From: a virus
Taxonomy: Duplodnaviria; Heunggongvirae; Uroviricota; Caudoviricetes
IMG/VR virus record: IMGVR_UViG_3300042892_001069
Length of the DNA: 64,000 nucleotides
Reading direction: 5' to 3' (one strand)
Shown here: in pieces, positions 1 to 19,957 of the stretch
How the letters are laid out: every line of letters starts with the position of its first letter
How positions within the stretch are numbered: the stretch's first letter is position 1
Notes under the pieces: generated by a model
What the model was told of the DNA's origin: nothing
The model's database searches: none
Seen by the model: only the letters and a program-made list of their open reading frames with translations
Position numbers and translations under genes: made by a program

Positions 1-1678
1 CTACCGGGTCAGTTTTAATAGTAATTGCGGGCACACCGTCAGTTACAATTATGTCAAATATTATGTCTTGATAAGTCTCGTTAGTACCGTCGCCGCCTCC
101 ATATTGAGTAGTCCAGTTGACATTACTGCTGGGTACTGTGACTACTGTGGCTACAGCATTGGTACTGCCAAGACCCAGTTGATCCATGTAACCCACGGCC
201 ACTACTTCGCCTGCGGGTCCAACTGCCATGCCGTAGGCTTGTTCGTCAGCCTGTCCGTCTAGTTTTTTTGACCAAATGATTGAACCATCTTCAGCATCGA
301 CTTTAGTGGTTGTCACATAGCCAGTGTCAGCGCCAGCGACAGCGAAACCAACCATGACGGGATTTCCGTCCGATGCTACATCAACTACCTGGCTGTTACT
401 ATTAATGCTCACGCCAAACGCATAGGTCTTGCTCCATTCAACTGCGCCGCCGCCACTGGCAATTTTAGTTAAAGTGGACTTTTCCTGTCCGCCATCGGTA
501 TTTGTTTTTCCCGCTACATAGATGAATCCATTAGTTGGATCTACGGCCAACCCCCATCCGTCTGTGTTGTAGCCTGTTGCAAATCTTGTGGTCCAAATTC
601 GTGTGCCAGATGTGGTGTACTTGCCCACTGAATAAAATGTCCCGCCACTGTCTTCCACGTTATAGAAAAGAGCAATCACGTTGCCAACACTGTCATATTC
701 TACACTCAGTGCTATCAGTGGTGTATCTAGTAGAGGAGTTGCTGACTCAAATGTCTGTACCCAAACATTAGCATCACCTGTAGCACCACCTAAAAGGTCA
801 TCGCCAGTCATGGAGTCACGGATGGTCTTGCCCGGTGGAATGTAGAGATCACCATCTCCGGCAAAGTTCCAATCATGGCTAACTGTCGACATGCTATCTG
901 TACGATCAAATGATCTAATGGTTAGGCCACTGCGATATTCATTTTGCCAGTCTAGTCTGACTTGTGCTCTTTCATCACTGTCACCTTCGCCGTCTGGATC
1001 ACCACTGTAGGCTCGAATAAGTTGTGTGCTTTCGCTTTCAACCTCTACATTGATCCAACGCATTGAAGTTGTGCCATCGTCACAGTCTTGTATAAATCTA
1101 CCACCGTCAACGCCTGTTTTAATGTCGCCATCTGCGGTTAAGTTTCCGCTAGAATCTAATACTACTTCAAAGGAACCGTTGACCAATTTATCGCCACCAC
1201 CACCACCAACATTCTCAACCTCACCTGCTCGCATTTTAGGACGGAAAGGAATCTGTGTCCAGTTGGCCGTGTTGAATGACACAAACGGCGTAGGTGTTGT
1301 GGTAGCCCACATGTTGGCTGCTTCCACACGAGTCTTGTCAGCGGCTAAAAATAAACCTGGTGTTTCAACCGTAATCTCTTCAATGTCGCCAAGTTCGTTT
1401 AGTTCATCAACACTGTAAGTGGCCGAAACATAATCAGCACTTGGAGAGTCGCCGTCATCGACAAGATACAAGTATTCAGCATTGTCAATCACAGTAACAG
1501 CAGTTTCGTCACTGCCAAGGTCTTGACCTCCGATGTTAGGCATCTCATCAACTTCTTCCACACGGAAGTTGACCGCTTGTGTAACACCAGGAATAACAAC
1601 TCCAGTTGTACCTGCTTGTAAGTTCACGCCGCCTAGTGTTAGGTCGGAGCCTTGTATTGCAAAAGGTTTGTTTGCCAT
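1..1678 (-). CDS. Tail-fiber-like structural protein, 3'-truncated by window edge (start ATG at 1678, RBS aagga upstream)
   Basis: Own translation of minus strand: MANKPFAIQGSDLTLGGVNLQAGTTG... open to position 1; N-terminal motif shared with next three genes; Gly/Thr/Asp-rich repeats; not in ORF track because no stop in window. Confidence 0.55.
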   Translation of the reverse strand, partial: MANKPFAIQGSDLTLGGVNLQAGTTGVVIPGVTQAVNFRVEEVDEMPNIGGQDLGSDETAVTVIDNAEYLYLVDDGDSPSADYVSATYSVDELNELGDIEEITVETPGLFLAADKTRVEAANMWATTTPTPFVSFNTANWTQIPFRPKMRAGEVENVGGGGGDKLVNGSFEVVLDSSGNLTADGDIKTGVDGGRFIQDCDDGTTSMRWINVEVESESTQLIRAYSGDPDGEGDSDERAQVRLDWQNEYRSGLTIRSFDRTDSMSTVSHDWNFAGDGDLYIPPGKTIRDSMTGDDLLGGATGDANVWVQTFESATPLLDTPLIALSVEYDSVGNVIALFYNVEDSGGTFYSVGKYTTSGTRIWTTRFATGYNTDGWGLAVDPTNGFIYVAGKTNTDGGQEKSTLTKIASGGGAVEWSKTYAFGVSINSNSQVVDVASDGNPVMVGFAVAGADTGYVTTTKVDAEDGSIIWSKKLDGQADEQAYGMAVGPAGEVVAVGYMDQLGLGSTNAVATVVTVPSSNVNWTTQYGGGDGTNETYQDIIFDIIVTDGVPAITIKTDPV

Positions 1679-1691
1679 TTTATATTATTCC

Positions 1692-2318
1692 TTAATCCAT
1701 TGTTCCGGTTTCTACCGAGTATATTCTTAAACTTGCGTTGCCAGTTGTTGTTGCGGTTGCCGTTCTAGTTCCTACAATTTCAATCAAACTAGTTGTTGGA
1801 TTGCGGTCTACGGTAAATGTCATCAGTGGGGCTACACTAGTGTGCGTTACACCATATACAGATATTACAGGTACGCTAGTATTATCCCAACCTCTTACGG
1901 CAATGACAGCCTCACACATCTGTGTTTCCCAATTGCCAGTGCCGCCAGTTTCTTCTGCTTCCACTTGGATGGTCAGTTTAGCACCGCTAATAAAAGTTTC
2001 AGTAGCAGTCCATACTATTTGTGTTAGTACTGTGGTGACGAGATTATTTGTTGTTGTTTTAATAAAACTACCACCAGCATCTGTCAGTACGCCGCTAGCA
2101 TTGAGTACAACTTCGTTAAGACCGTTGACTAGTCTGTCCCCAGCACCGCCTGCTCCTGGTTGGAAGTAAGTCAATGCCGCCCATGTACTAGCACCATCAC
2201 CTAACTTAAACTCACCTGATGTTAAGTTAACACCAATCTCGCCTGCGCCTAGAACAACAGTACTATTAGTAGTCCAATTTGCGGCAGTATCTCTTCTTAA
2301 TTTTATTTGCGTTGCCAT
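1692..2318 (-). CDS. Small tail-fiber-like structural protein (208 aa)
   Basis: ORF track; N-term MATQIKLRRDTAANW... GDGASTWAAL resembles fiber N-terminal domain; tight spacing in operon. Confidence 0.5.
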   Translation of the reverse strand: MATQIKLRRDTAANWTTNSTVVLGAGEIGVNLTSGEFKLGDGASTWAALTYFQPGAGGAGDRLVNGLNEVVLNASGVLTDAGGSFIKTTTNNLVTTVLTQIVWTATETFISGAKLTIQVEAEETGGTGNWETQMCEAVIAVRGWDNTSVPVISVYGVTHTSVAPLMTFTVDRNPTTSLIEIVGTRTATATTTGNASLRIYSVETGTMD

Positions 2319-2330
2319 TTTTAATAGTCC

Positions 2331-2599
2331 TTAAAACGTTGTCGAAGCGGTGCCGCCGTCGATAGTCACTGTTATATTTAATTTATTAGTAGAATCGATA
2401 TACTCTACGTTAACTCCACTATGTGTTCCACCAGTTAGCATTGTTGCCGCATAGTCCTGTGCTAGTTCAGTTAAACTTGACACTGCTAACGTCGCATAAA
2501 GCTCATCAAAGTTAGCATTTACTTTTTCAAATGCAGTACGTATCGGGTCGCCATTTTTAGCATTGGCTGCGGTTCCGGTGTTAATTACTTGTTTAGTCA

Positions 2600-2600
<1 letters not shown>
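2331..2600 (-). CDS. Fiber N-terminal-domain protein (89 aa)
   Basis: MTKQVINTGTAANAKNGDPIRTAFEKVNANFDELY: classic phage tail-fiber N-terminal motif (GDxIRxAFxKVNxNFxxLY). Confidence 0.5.
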
Positions 2601-14115
<11,515 letters not shown>

Positions 14116-14171
14116 ATTAGGTCCTTGTTATGATATTTATCAATACCATTTTATAACCTTAATGTAAATAC

Positions 14172-14462
14172 ATGATGTATATTAGCGTTGAATTTGTTAA
14201 CACTCCGCACTATCGTAAAAGCAAATACGGTACAATGCATACCTATATGCGTAAAAAATCAGTATTAGTAATGAGGTGCGATAGTTGCCAAACAGTATTT
14301 AGGCGTGACAAGGGCAACATGTCTCCTAAGCGAGTAAGCGACAAATATTACCATGTGTGTGGTGATTGTGATGCTAAGAAGTTTGCCCAGAGTAAGGGCG
14401 TTGAAGCACGGCGAGTTTGGGATATGCCCGCTAGTAGTCTTAAGACGCTAGGCCAACTGTAG
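14172..14462 (+). CDS. Small Cys4 zinc-ribbon protein (96 aa)
   Basis: CDSC...x30...CGDC motif; convergent 23-nt overlap with SOD gene end. Confidence 0.4.
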   Translation: MMYISVEFVNTPHYRKSKYGTMHTYMRKKSVLVMRCDSCQTVFRRDKGNMSPKRVSDKYYHVCGDCDAKKFAQSKGVEARRVWDMPASSLKTLGQL

Positions 14463-15000
14463 CACTAATGGCATTCCAGTTGATAATTTTCCATTGATTT
14501 TCTAAATATCTTTTCTTATCTGACTGATAATCTAATGCCCAAGCGTGTTCCCACCAGTCCACAAGTAGTACAATATCTTGTTTAATTTCGTGATTAACGA
14601 TCGTTTTAATTTTACCATCTCGAGCTAGGTACACCCATCCACTGCCTTGAATACCCATCGCAGTCTTAAAAAAGGCTTCTTTAAAGCGGTCAAACGTTTT
14701 AAAGTGTTTAGTTATAAATTCTCCAATTGGCCCATCTGGAGTATTAGTACTTGTTGGTGATTGATACTGACCAAACAAAATACGGTGTAAAAACGCACCC
14801 GCTTCATTAAAGTCTGCGTCACCTTCTCCGTCATTAAAACGAGTCACGTATGCTTTGTATAACTTACCATAATGATAGTTAATAGTATCTTCGCTCAATG
14901 CCGGCTCTAACTCGTCCTTAGCGTAAGGCAGTTTAAATAGTTCTAGCGTTTTAGGCGTTTTGCCTTCGTTAAGCGTAATATGCTTGATAAAGTTATACAT
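14440..15000 (-). CDS. Fe/Mn-family superoxide dismutase (186 aa)
   Basis: Signature D-x-W-E-H-A-[WY] (LLVDWWEHAWALDYQ), N-terminal LPYAKDELEP...HYGKLY metal-ligand region. Confidence 0.9.
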   Translation of the reverse strand: MYNFIKHITLNEGKTPKTLELFKLPYAKDELEPALSEDTINYHYGKLYKAYVTRFNDGEGDADFNEAGAFLHRILFGQYQSPTSTNTPDGPIGEFITKHFKTFDRFKEAFFKTAMGIQGSGWVYLARDGKIKTIVNHEIKQDIVLLVDWWEHAWALDYQSDKKRYLENQWKIINWNAISATVGLAS

Positions 15001-15013
15001 AATGATATTTACC

Positions 15014-15021
15014 TATAAATA
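15014..15021 (+). promoter_or_regulatory. T4-type late promoter TATAAATA, 18 nt upstream of ATG at 15040 with RBS aggag
   Basis: Exact TATAAATA octamer at canonical distance from start codon. Confidence 0.45.
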
Positions 15022-15039
15022 GAACACAGGAGATTAACC

Positions 15040-15264
15040 ATGATTAAATTCATCAAAAGTTTTTTTAGTAAAAACGAAGTAGTAGTTGAGCCAGCACCCT
15101 ATAAAGTAGAAGTTGCCCCAACTCCTGCTACAGTAGTAGAAGTTGTTCCAGCAGTGGCTGAACAGGCTGTACAAGCGGTAGTTGAATCTATTGCTCCAGC
15201 TAAAAAACCAGCGCCTAAAAAGCCAGCGGCTAAAAAGCCTCGTACTCCAAAAGCGGCAAAATAA
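15040..15264 (+). CDS. Small histone-H1-like / basic Ala-Pro-Lys repeat protein (74 aa)
   Basis: C-terminal KKPAPKKPAAKKPRTPKAAK repeats typical of H1/Hc1/AlgP-like DNA-condensing tails; late promoter upstream. Confidence 0.5.
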   Translation: MIKFIKSFFSKNEVVVEPAPYKVEVAPTPATVVEVVPAVAEQAVQAVVESIAPAKKPAPKKPAAKKPRTPKAAK

Positions 15265-15287
15265 TATAAGGGCATTGCGCCCTTATA
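15265..15287. terminator. Bidirectional rho-independent-type hairpin between convergent genes (9-bp perfect stem tataagggc/gcccttata, 5-nt loop)
   Basis: Seen in sequence immediately after stop of 15040-15264 and after stop of 15283-15537. Confidence 0.55.
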
Positions 15288-15537
15288 TTAGCTTGTTTAA
15301 TTGCTCTGAGTAACGAGCCATATCTTCTTGAATTCTAGCCTTACGCTGATCGTTTAGGTTAGGATTTTCTTCTAGCTCTTCTCTAAGAGTTTCCAACCTA
15401 AATATCAGTTGTTCTCGAGATAGCTTTTGGCTTGATTGTACAGTTCCATGCTGGCGAGGTTTTTGCCCTTGCTTTCGCACATTATGTCGAACTGGTTTAG
15501 AAAAGTTATTGCCCATTCGTTTGTTTTTTGATTCCAA
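15283..15537 (-). CDS. Hypothetical basic/coiled-coil protein (84 aa); overlaps UvdE 3' end by 133 nt in another frame
   Basis: ORF track only; no motif; possible spurious or genuine overlapping gene. Confidence 0.25.
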   Translation of the reverse strand: MESKNKRMGNNFSKPVRHNVRKQGQKPRQHGTVQSSQKLSREQLIFRLETLREELEENPNLNDQRKARIQEDMARYSEQLNKLI

Positions 15538-16439
15538 TAAAAGTCGCTGTGTGCCCTCAGCTTTTGTTTCTTATACCCATCTAGAAGTAGTTGGCTGTGA
15601 ACAGGAGCGGTAAGTCCGTCATGGCCCACAAGATAATCTTCACGAGATACTGAATAATGCATAGTAGGGCGCATACCACGCCAACTATCCACGACACGCT
15701 TAACACGATTGTCTGTCGAAAGGAGATACTCCCCTTCGCGAATCCAATGATGGTGAATATCGAGCACAATAGGAACGATATCGCTAATAGTAAGACAGTC
15801 ATCTAGTCCCCACGAGTTTTCTTCGTTTTCAATTGTAATACAATTCCGGGCCTCGGGGGTAAGTCTTTTGTAGGCAGATCGAATACCTTCGGGACCTTGT
15901 TTACCCGAGATGTGTACGTTGATTTTAAAATCCTGGAAGGATTTACCGTAGCCCATGTATCTGACCATATCGGCATGATATTCAAACTCCTCTATTGATC
16001 GTTGGACAATGCCTTCGTTAATACTAGCAAGAACAACAAACTGGCCAGGATGCATAGAAAGACGGGTATTGCTTGCACGAGCACTATTACCAATAAGGAT
16101 AAAATTGCGCTCGAGATAGCTAACAACATCAGGCCTGCGCCAAAAATAACTCCAGTCAGACTGGGTATAAGCAGGAAGGATATCACTACTAATACGAACC
16201 ATCCTAAGATTTTCATTAAGTTCTCCCACACGGTCTACAAGTTTTTGTGTAGCTGCAATATTTTGGACCATTAAGTCCCAGAGCTTTTGCTCTGCTACTT
16301 CTTTAGTCTGTCTATTTAACCAACTTATGGTAGTTGAGCCAGTGTTATATTGTTTAGCATCGTCATCTTTTTTGATGCCGTTTACTTGATCGGCATGATC
16401 GATCCATTTACATGCGAAGCCTATTTTGCCCATTACCAA
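15405..16439 (-). CDS. uvdE: UV damage endonuclease (UvdE/UvsE family)
   Basis: Blocks matching B. subtilis UvsE: SMHPGQF (SFHPNQF), INVHISG (INIHIGG), ITIENEE (MTLENDD), IVLDIHHHWI (FVFDFHHFY). Confidence 0.85.
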   Translation of the reverse strand: MVMGKIGFACKWIDHADQVNGIKKDDDAKQYNTGSTTISWLNRQTKEVAEQKLWDLMVQNIAATQKLVDRVGELNENLRMVRISSDILPAYTQSDWSYFWRRPDVVSYLERNFILIGNSARASNTRLSMHPGQFVVLASINEGIVQRSIEEFEYHADMVRYMGYGKSFQDFKINVHISGKQGPEGIRSAYKRLTPEARNCITIENEENSWGLDDCLTISDIVPIVLDIHHHWIREGEYLLSTDNRVKRVVDSWRGMRPTMHYSVSREDYLVGHDGLTAPVHSQLLLDGYKKQKLRAHSDFYWNQKTNEWAITFLNQFDIMCESKGKNLASMELYNQAKSYLENN

Positions 16440-16651
16440 TGCCTTATGACGCCTGCGATTATAAAAAAGTTTGTGATAATATATATTAACACAATCAGCG
16501 TTCTAATACAAGCAATTCGGTCCGCTTCCACGTCCGAACTGCCTGCTTTCTCACCTAATGCTTTAGCCCAAACGTGCCAAATTTTACGCAAATAAATCTT
16601 CATTCCATTCACGGTGACCTTCAGTAAAGGCCATGTTGCTTTGAGTTTCAC
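16433..16651 (-). CDS. Possible small membrane protein (72 aa; hydrophobic C-terminus) overlapping neighbours
   Basis: ORF track; overlaps 3' end of PTPS-like gene by 68 nt (20 nt if internal Met used); weak. Confidence 0.2.
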   Translation of the reverse strand: MKLKATWPLLKVTVNGMKIYLRKIWHVWAKALGEKAGSSDVEADRIACIRTLIVLIYIITNFFIIAGVIRHW

Positions 16652-17090
16652 GTACTTCTACACGATAGCACCATAGACGCTTTGCTTCGCCATCACCCCA
16701 CATGTCTGGAATGTAAACACCATTAACATACTTGTACAGCATTTCACTAAGACCTTCACATCCTAGTTTTGGTAAAACAACTATCTTAGCCATTTTCTTT
16801 TCTACTAACAGATTGTATGTTTCCATTTCTGGATCATCTGCGGCTACAATAAGTGTATGATCAAATTGATCTTCTAAAATCTTTTTGAGTTCTTTTAAAC
16901 CACCATAGTCAGCCGCCCAATTGCGGACATCTAGGTCGTTAGTGCCAAAGTAAAATTTCATGCTAAATGAATAGCCGTGAATTAGATTACAGTGACTATC
17001 AGCTCGCCATTGGCGATAGGCGCAAGGAAATGCGTCGTGATATTCTTTTGTGCTTGTATACTTATAAGCGACAGGTTGTAAAGTTGCCAT
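16584..17090 (-). CDS. 6-pyruvoyl-tetrahydropterin synthase / QueD-like protein with HGY in place of HGH
   Basis: Layout SHCNLIHGYSF...DLDVRNWAADYGGLKELKKILEDQFDHTLI parallels QueD C-x-x-x-HGH...DH.LN; one predicted Zn-ligand His replaced by Tyr. Confidence 0.65.
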   Translation of the reverse strand: MATLQPVAYKYTSTKEYHDAFPCAYRQWRADSHCNLIHGYSFSMKFYFGTNDLDVRNWAADYGGLKELKKILEDQFDHTLIVAADDPEMETYNLLVEKKMAKIVVLPKLGCEGLSEMLYKYVNGVYIPDMWGDGEAKRLWCYRVEVRETQSNMAFTEGHREWNEDLFA

Positions 17091-17193
17091 TGTTATATCT
17101 CCTAGTTAACAATGACACGCAGAGTTTATATTCCGGGATGAGCGTCTAAGTCCGGATATAGTAATTATACGCTTTTATAGCGTAAAGTCAATA

Positions 17194-18645
17194 TTATTGG
17201 CGAACAATTGCCCCAAACGGTAACCATGTCCCTGGCTCACCAGTAGCAACACATACCCAACCGATATAAGTAAATTCGGCAGGATTAGAGTTCCAACAAA
17301 TATCGCCTTTAGTTGCTAATCCAGTTACAGGCGCACTCGCTCCAGTTGTAAATTTTTTATCAGCAAAACTAATATTCCCTTTAACTGCTAAATCTACAGT
17401 TGGGTCAGGATTATTAATTCCAACACTTAGCGGTCCAAATACTTTAACAACTCGTCGACTATTTAATTTGTTACCGATTTCAATTTTTAAATCGTCTGCG
17501 TAGAAAGCCTGATGGCCATCGACGTTAACAGCAAACGAGTCTGTACCAGACACTGACTTTACTGCTAGTGATTTAACAGTAATTGCGTCAACGTCCACTG
17601 GCCCTAAGAATTTTGACTCACCTTTAACTACTAATGATGTTAGTGCGCCAACTGCTGTTAAGTTAGATTCTGTTACATTTGGCCCAAGTCCGTGTGCGGA
17701 TAATACAACGGAACCGTTAATATAATATTGTTTATCTTGTGCTAGTTCTAATGATTCTGTTGATAGTAGTCTATCGGGGTTGGCTTGAATTGTTAGTTGT
17801 TTTGCTGTGCCGTTACCCAACCATACTAGGCCTTTTCCATAAATGTTATCATCGCCGGTTGCTCTAAATTCTAATGACGTTGATTTTTCTAATCTAGTAT
17901 CAGAAATTATGTTTTCAGCAAACAGTGTTCCGTATACACGTAACACACCGTTTTTATAACGTTCTTCACCAATGTGAACCTCACCATCATTTTTTACAGT
18001 AATTCGAGCAGTATTATCTGTTACTAAGGCTAGGTCGTGATTGGTATAAGTTCCAACAGTGGCCAATCCTACACTTGGAGAATCGATAATGATTTCAACA
18101 TCGTTTTCAACAATGCTTAGGACACCGTGTGGGTTTTCAATGTTAATTCCAACACGATTAACTGATGAGTTAAAGAACGCAAACTCACCAATAGTAGCAT
18201 CACCGTCTACGGCTAATTTCTTTAAATTACCAACTTCTGTTAAGCTACTCTTTTTAACTTGTGTACCTAGTTGAGTTAGGCCAATAACAGTGGTGTTATC
18301 AATTTTATAAGACTTATCACGGTTAAGGTCAATGTCCCCGTTGGTCCAAACTCTGCCACCGTTTTTATAAATTAGCTGTACATTACCCAGACCCCAAGTC
18401 CAACCTAATCCCTTGCCGTTTAGTTCTTCTTCGGTGTTAACAGTCCACTGACCAACACCTTCAATTGTACCGGATTCTGTAATTAAGTTTTTAACTTTAA
18501 CGGTACCGGCTGTTATAGTACCACCTACAGCGAGGTCGCTACTAACAGTAAGTGTTCCGTCATGTGTTATCGCACCCGAAGTTGATTCTAAAACTAAGGT
18601 TTTTATAACAATTTTATCGTCTTGGATAGTAAGCAAGTTGGTCAT
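17194..18645 (-). CDS. Structural (fiber/baseplate-like) protein, 483 aa
   Basis: Beta-rich Gly/Thr/Val composition, repeated VxxxGxxT segments, Cys/Trp-containing C-terminal knob-like tail GDICWNSNPAEFTYIGWVCVATGEPGTW. Confidence 0.5.
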   Translation of the reverse strand: MTNLLTIQDDKIVIKTLVLESTSGAITHDGTLTVSSDLAVGGTITAGTVKVKNLITESGTIEGVGQWTVNTEEELNGKGLGWTWGLGNVQLIYKNGGRVWTNGDIDLNRDKSYKIDNTTVIGLTQLGTQVKKSSLTEVGNLKKLAVDGDATIGEFAFFNSSVNRVGINIENPHGVLSIVENDVEIIIDSPSVGLATVGTYTNHDLALVTDNTARITVKNDGEVHIGEERYKNGVLRVYGTLFAENIISDTRLEKSTSLEFRATGDDNIYGKGLVWLGNGTAKQLTIQANPDRLLSTESLELAQDKQYYINGSVVLSAHGLGPNVTESNLTAVGALTSLVVKGESKFLGPVDVDAITVKSLAVKSVSGTDSFAVNVDGHQAFYADDLKIEIGNKLNSRRVVKVFGPLSVGINNPDPTVDLAVKGNISFADKKFTTGASAPVTGLATKGDICWNSNPAEFTYIGWVCVATGEPGTWLPFGAIVRQ

Positions 18646-18689
18646 GGATAATACTCTCTTTCGAGTATTTATCCATGTTTTGCTAACCC

Positions 18690-19898
18690 TTATACTACTT
18701 TAAGTAGAATAATTTCTTCGTTTAAGCGACCGTTCATTTTAGTGTCTGTAGCGTTAATGTCGTCTAAGAACTTACGCAACTGTACCTTGCCTGCGGCCTT
18801 GAACTCTTTAAGTTTCTCTTCTGGCTTGCGAAGTGTTTTACACACACTGGTAGTTTCGTTAAACCCAATAATTGTAGTACCCTTCACACTGAGTGTTTGG
18901 TACTCGGCAGCAACATATTTGCCTAGTTTACGACTTTTAGAGTTATAAACCCACAATTCTGTAGCCCCTACAATGTCTGTAGGATTAATACTTACAAGTT
19001 TTAACGGCTCGTTAGTTTTCATGTATTTGAGCTTACTAACAATCTTTTCTGCCGGAACAGCTTTCTTAGCACGTGGCGCACGATTAACCTTAGCTTCTTG
19101 TGCCAACATAGTACAAGCCGCCATGATCTCTTGATAGAAAGCAATTAAATTCTTAATCTGCTTTTTACTGCGATGTGAGTATCCTTCGCGCAACTGCTCG
19201 TCAGCTTTACCGCTAGCAAGCTCTTCTAACTCGGCTAAGTCTTTAGAATAAAACTCTTTAATAATACGAGCGTGAGCGGCCTTTGCTTCTACAGCTTTGA
19301 GCAAGTTAAGCATTTTAAATGATTTTGGATCAAACGTTTCTGCGTCAGTTTGAAACGATTCAATAGCGTTTTCAATTTCTTCAGTCATACGCATAGCCGC
19401 TTCACGTACTCGTTCTTGAATACTCGGAGTATATACATCTGCTTTTGCGGCTTCTTTTTCAGCGGCAGCAACTTCTGGGTCGATATCGTTTTTACCTTCG
19501 GTAATAACTTTAACAATCTCTGCTCGCAACCAAGCGGCAGTGTCACGACCTTGATTAAAGTCGGCACGTTGCGGAGTCATACCTCGATTCAAACAACAGG
19601 CAACTGCTCCCATTGTTGTGCCAACACGTGAATCTTTAACTTTCTTGAACGCTGTAATGTCAGCTTTGGTACAGCCAACAGTTTCCATCCATTTGGCAAC
19701 GGCAGGCTTGTAACTTTTAATGTCACTTTCCAAACGATAGTAGTCCATTGAGCGTTTAAAATGACGATGGAACGTAGCGTCATCCCAAGTTTCGCAACCT
19801 TCCCAAACTGGACTATGGTCTTTAACAGCACGAGTACGATGTGCTGTAACTTGGGCCTTAGTTACACGGGTCTTTTTTGTGGGTGCTTTAGTCGCCAT
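18690..19898 (-). CDS. Hypothetical protein (402 aa), Lys/Ala/Glu-rich
   Basis: ORF track; RBS aggag; driven by consensus sigma70 promoter at 19929-19957. Confidence 0.5.
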   Translation of the reverse strand: MATKAPTKKTRVTKAQVTAHRTRAVKDHSPVWEGCETWDDATFHRHFKRSMDYYRLESDIKSYKPAVAKWMETVGCTKADITAFKKVKDSRVGTTMGAVACCLNRGMTPQRADFNQGRDTAAWLRAEIVKVITEGKNDIDPEVAAAEKEAAKADVYTPSIQERVREAAMRMTEEIENAIESFQTDAETFDPKSFKMLNLLKAVEAKAAHARIIKEFYSKDLAELEELASGKADEQLREGYSHRSKKQIKNLIAFYQEIMAACTMLAQEAKVNRAPRAKKAVPAEKIVSKLKYMKTNEPLKLVSINPTDIVGATELWVYNSKSRKLGKYVAAEYQTLSVKGTTIIGFNETTSVCKTLRKPEEKLKEFKAAGKVQLRKFLDDINATDTKMNGRLNEEIILLKVV

Positions 19899-19928
19899 TT
19901 CTACTCCTGTTTGTTTAGCAATACATGT

Positions 19929-19957
19929 ATTATACGTTCATTCTGAGGCATTGTCAA
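19929..19957 (-). promoter_or_regulatory. Consensus sigma70-type promoter TTGACA-17-TATAAT (minus strand), overlapping stop of upstream rSAM gene
   Basis: Minus-strand read: TTGACAatgcctcagaatgaacgTATAAT. Confidence 0.55.

Noticed and set aside
1026-2169. Plus-strand ORFs 1026-1418, 1533-1730, 1738-2169 at window start
   Set aside because: They overlap the minus-strand fiber-like genes, whose N-terminal motifs are conserved; treated as antisense artefacts
17135-17168. Imperfect palindrome atattccgg...ccggatat, and a shared 9-mer atatccgga with 63969-63977
   Set aside because: One-base bulge, no flanking U-tract; 9-mer match is within chance expectation for 64 kb
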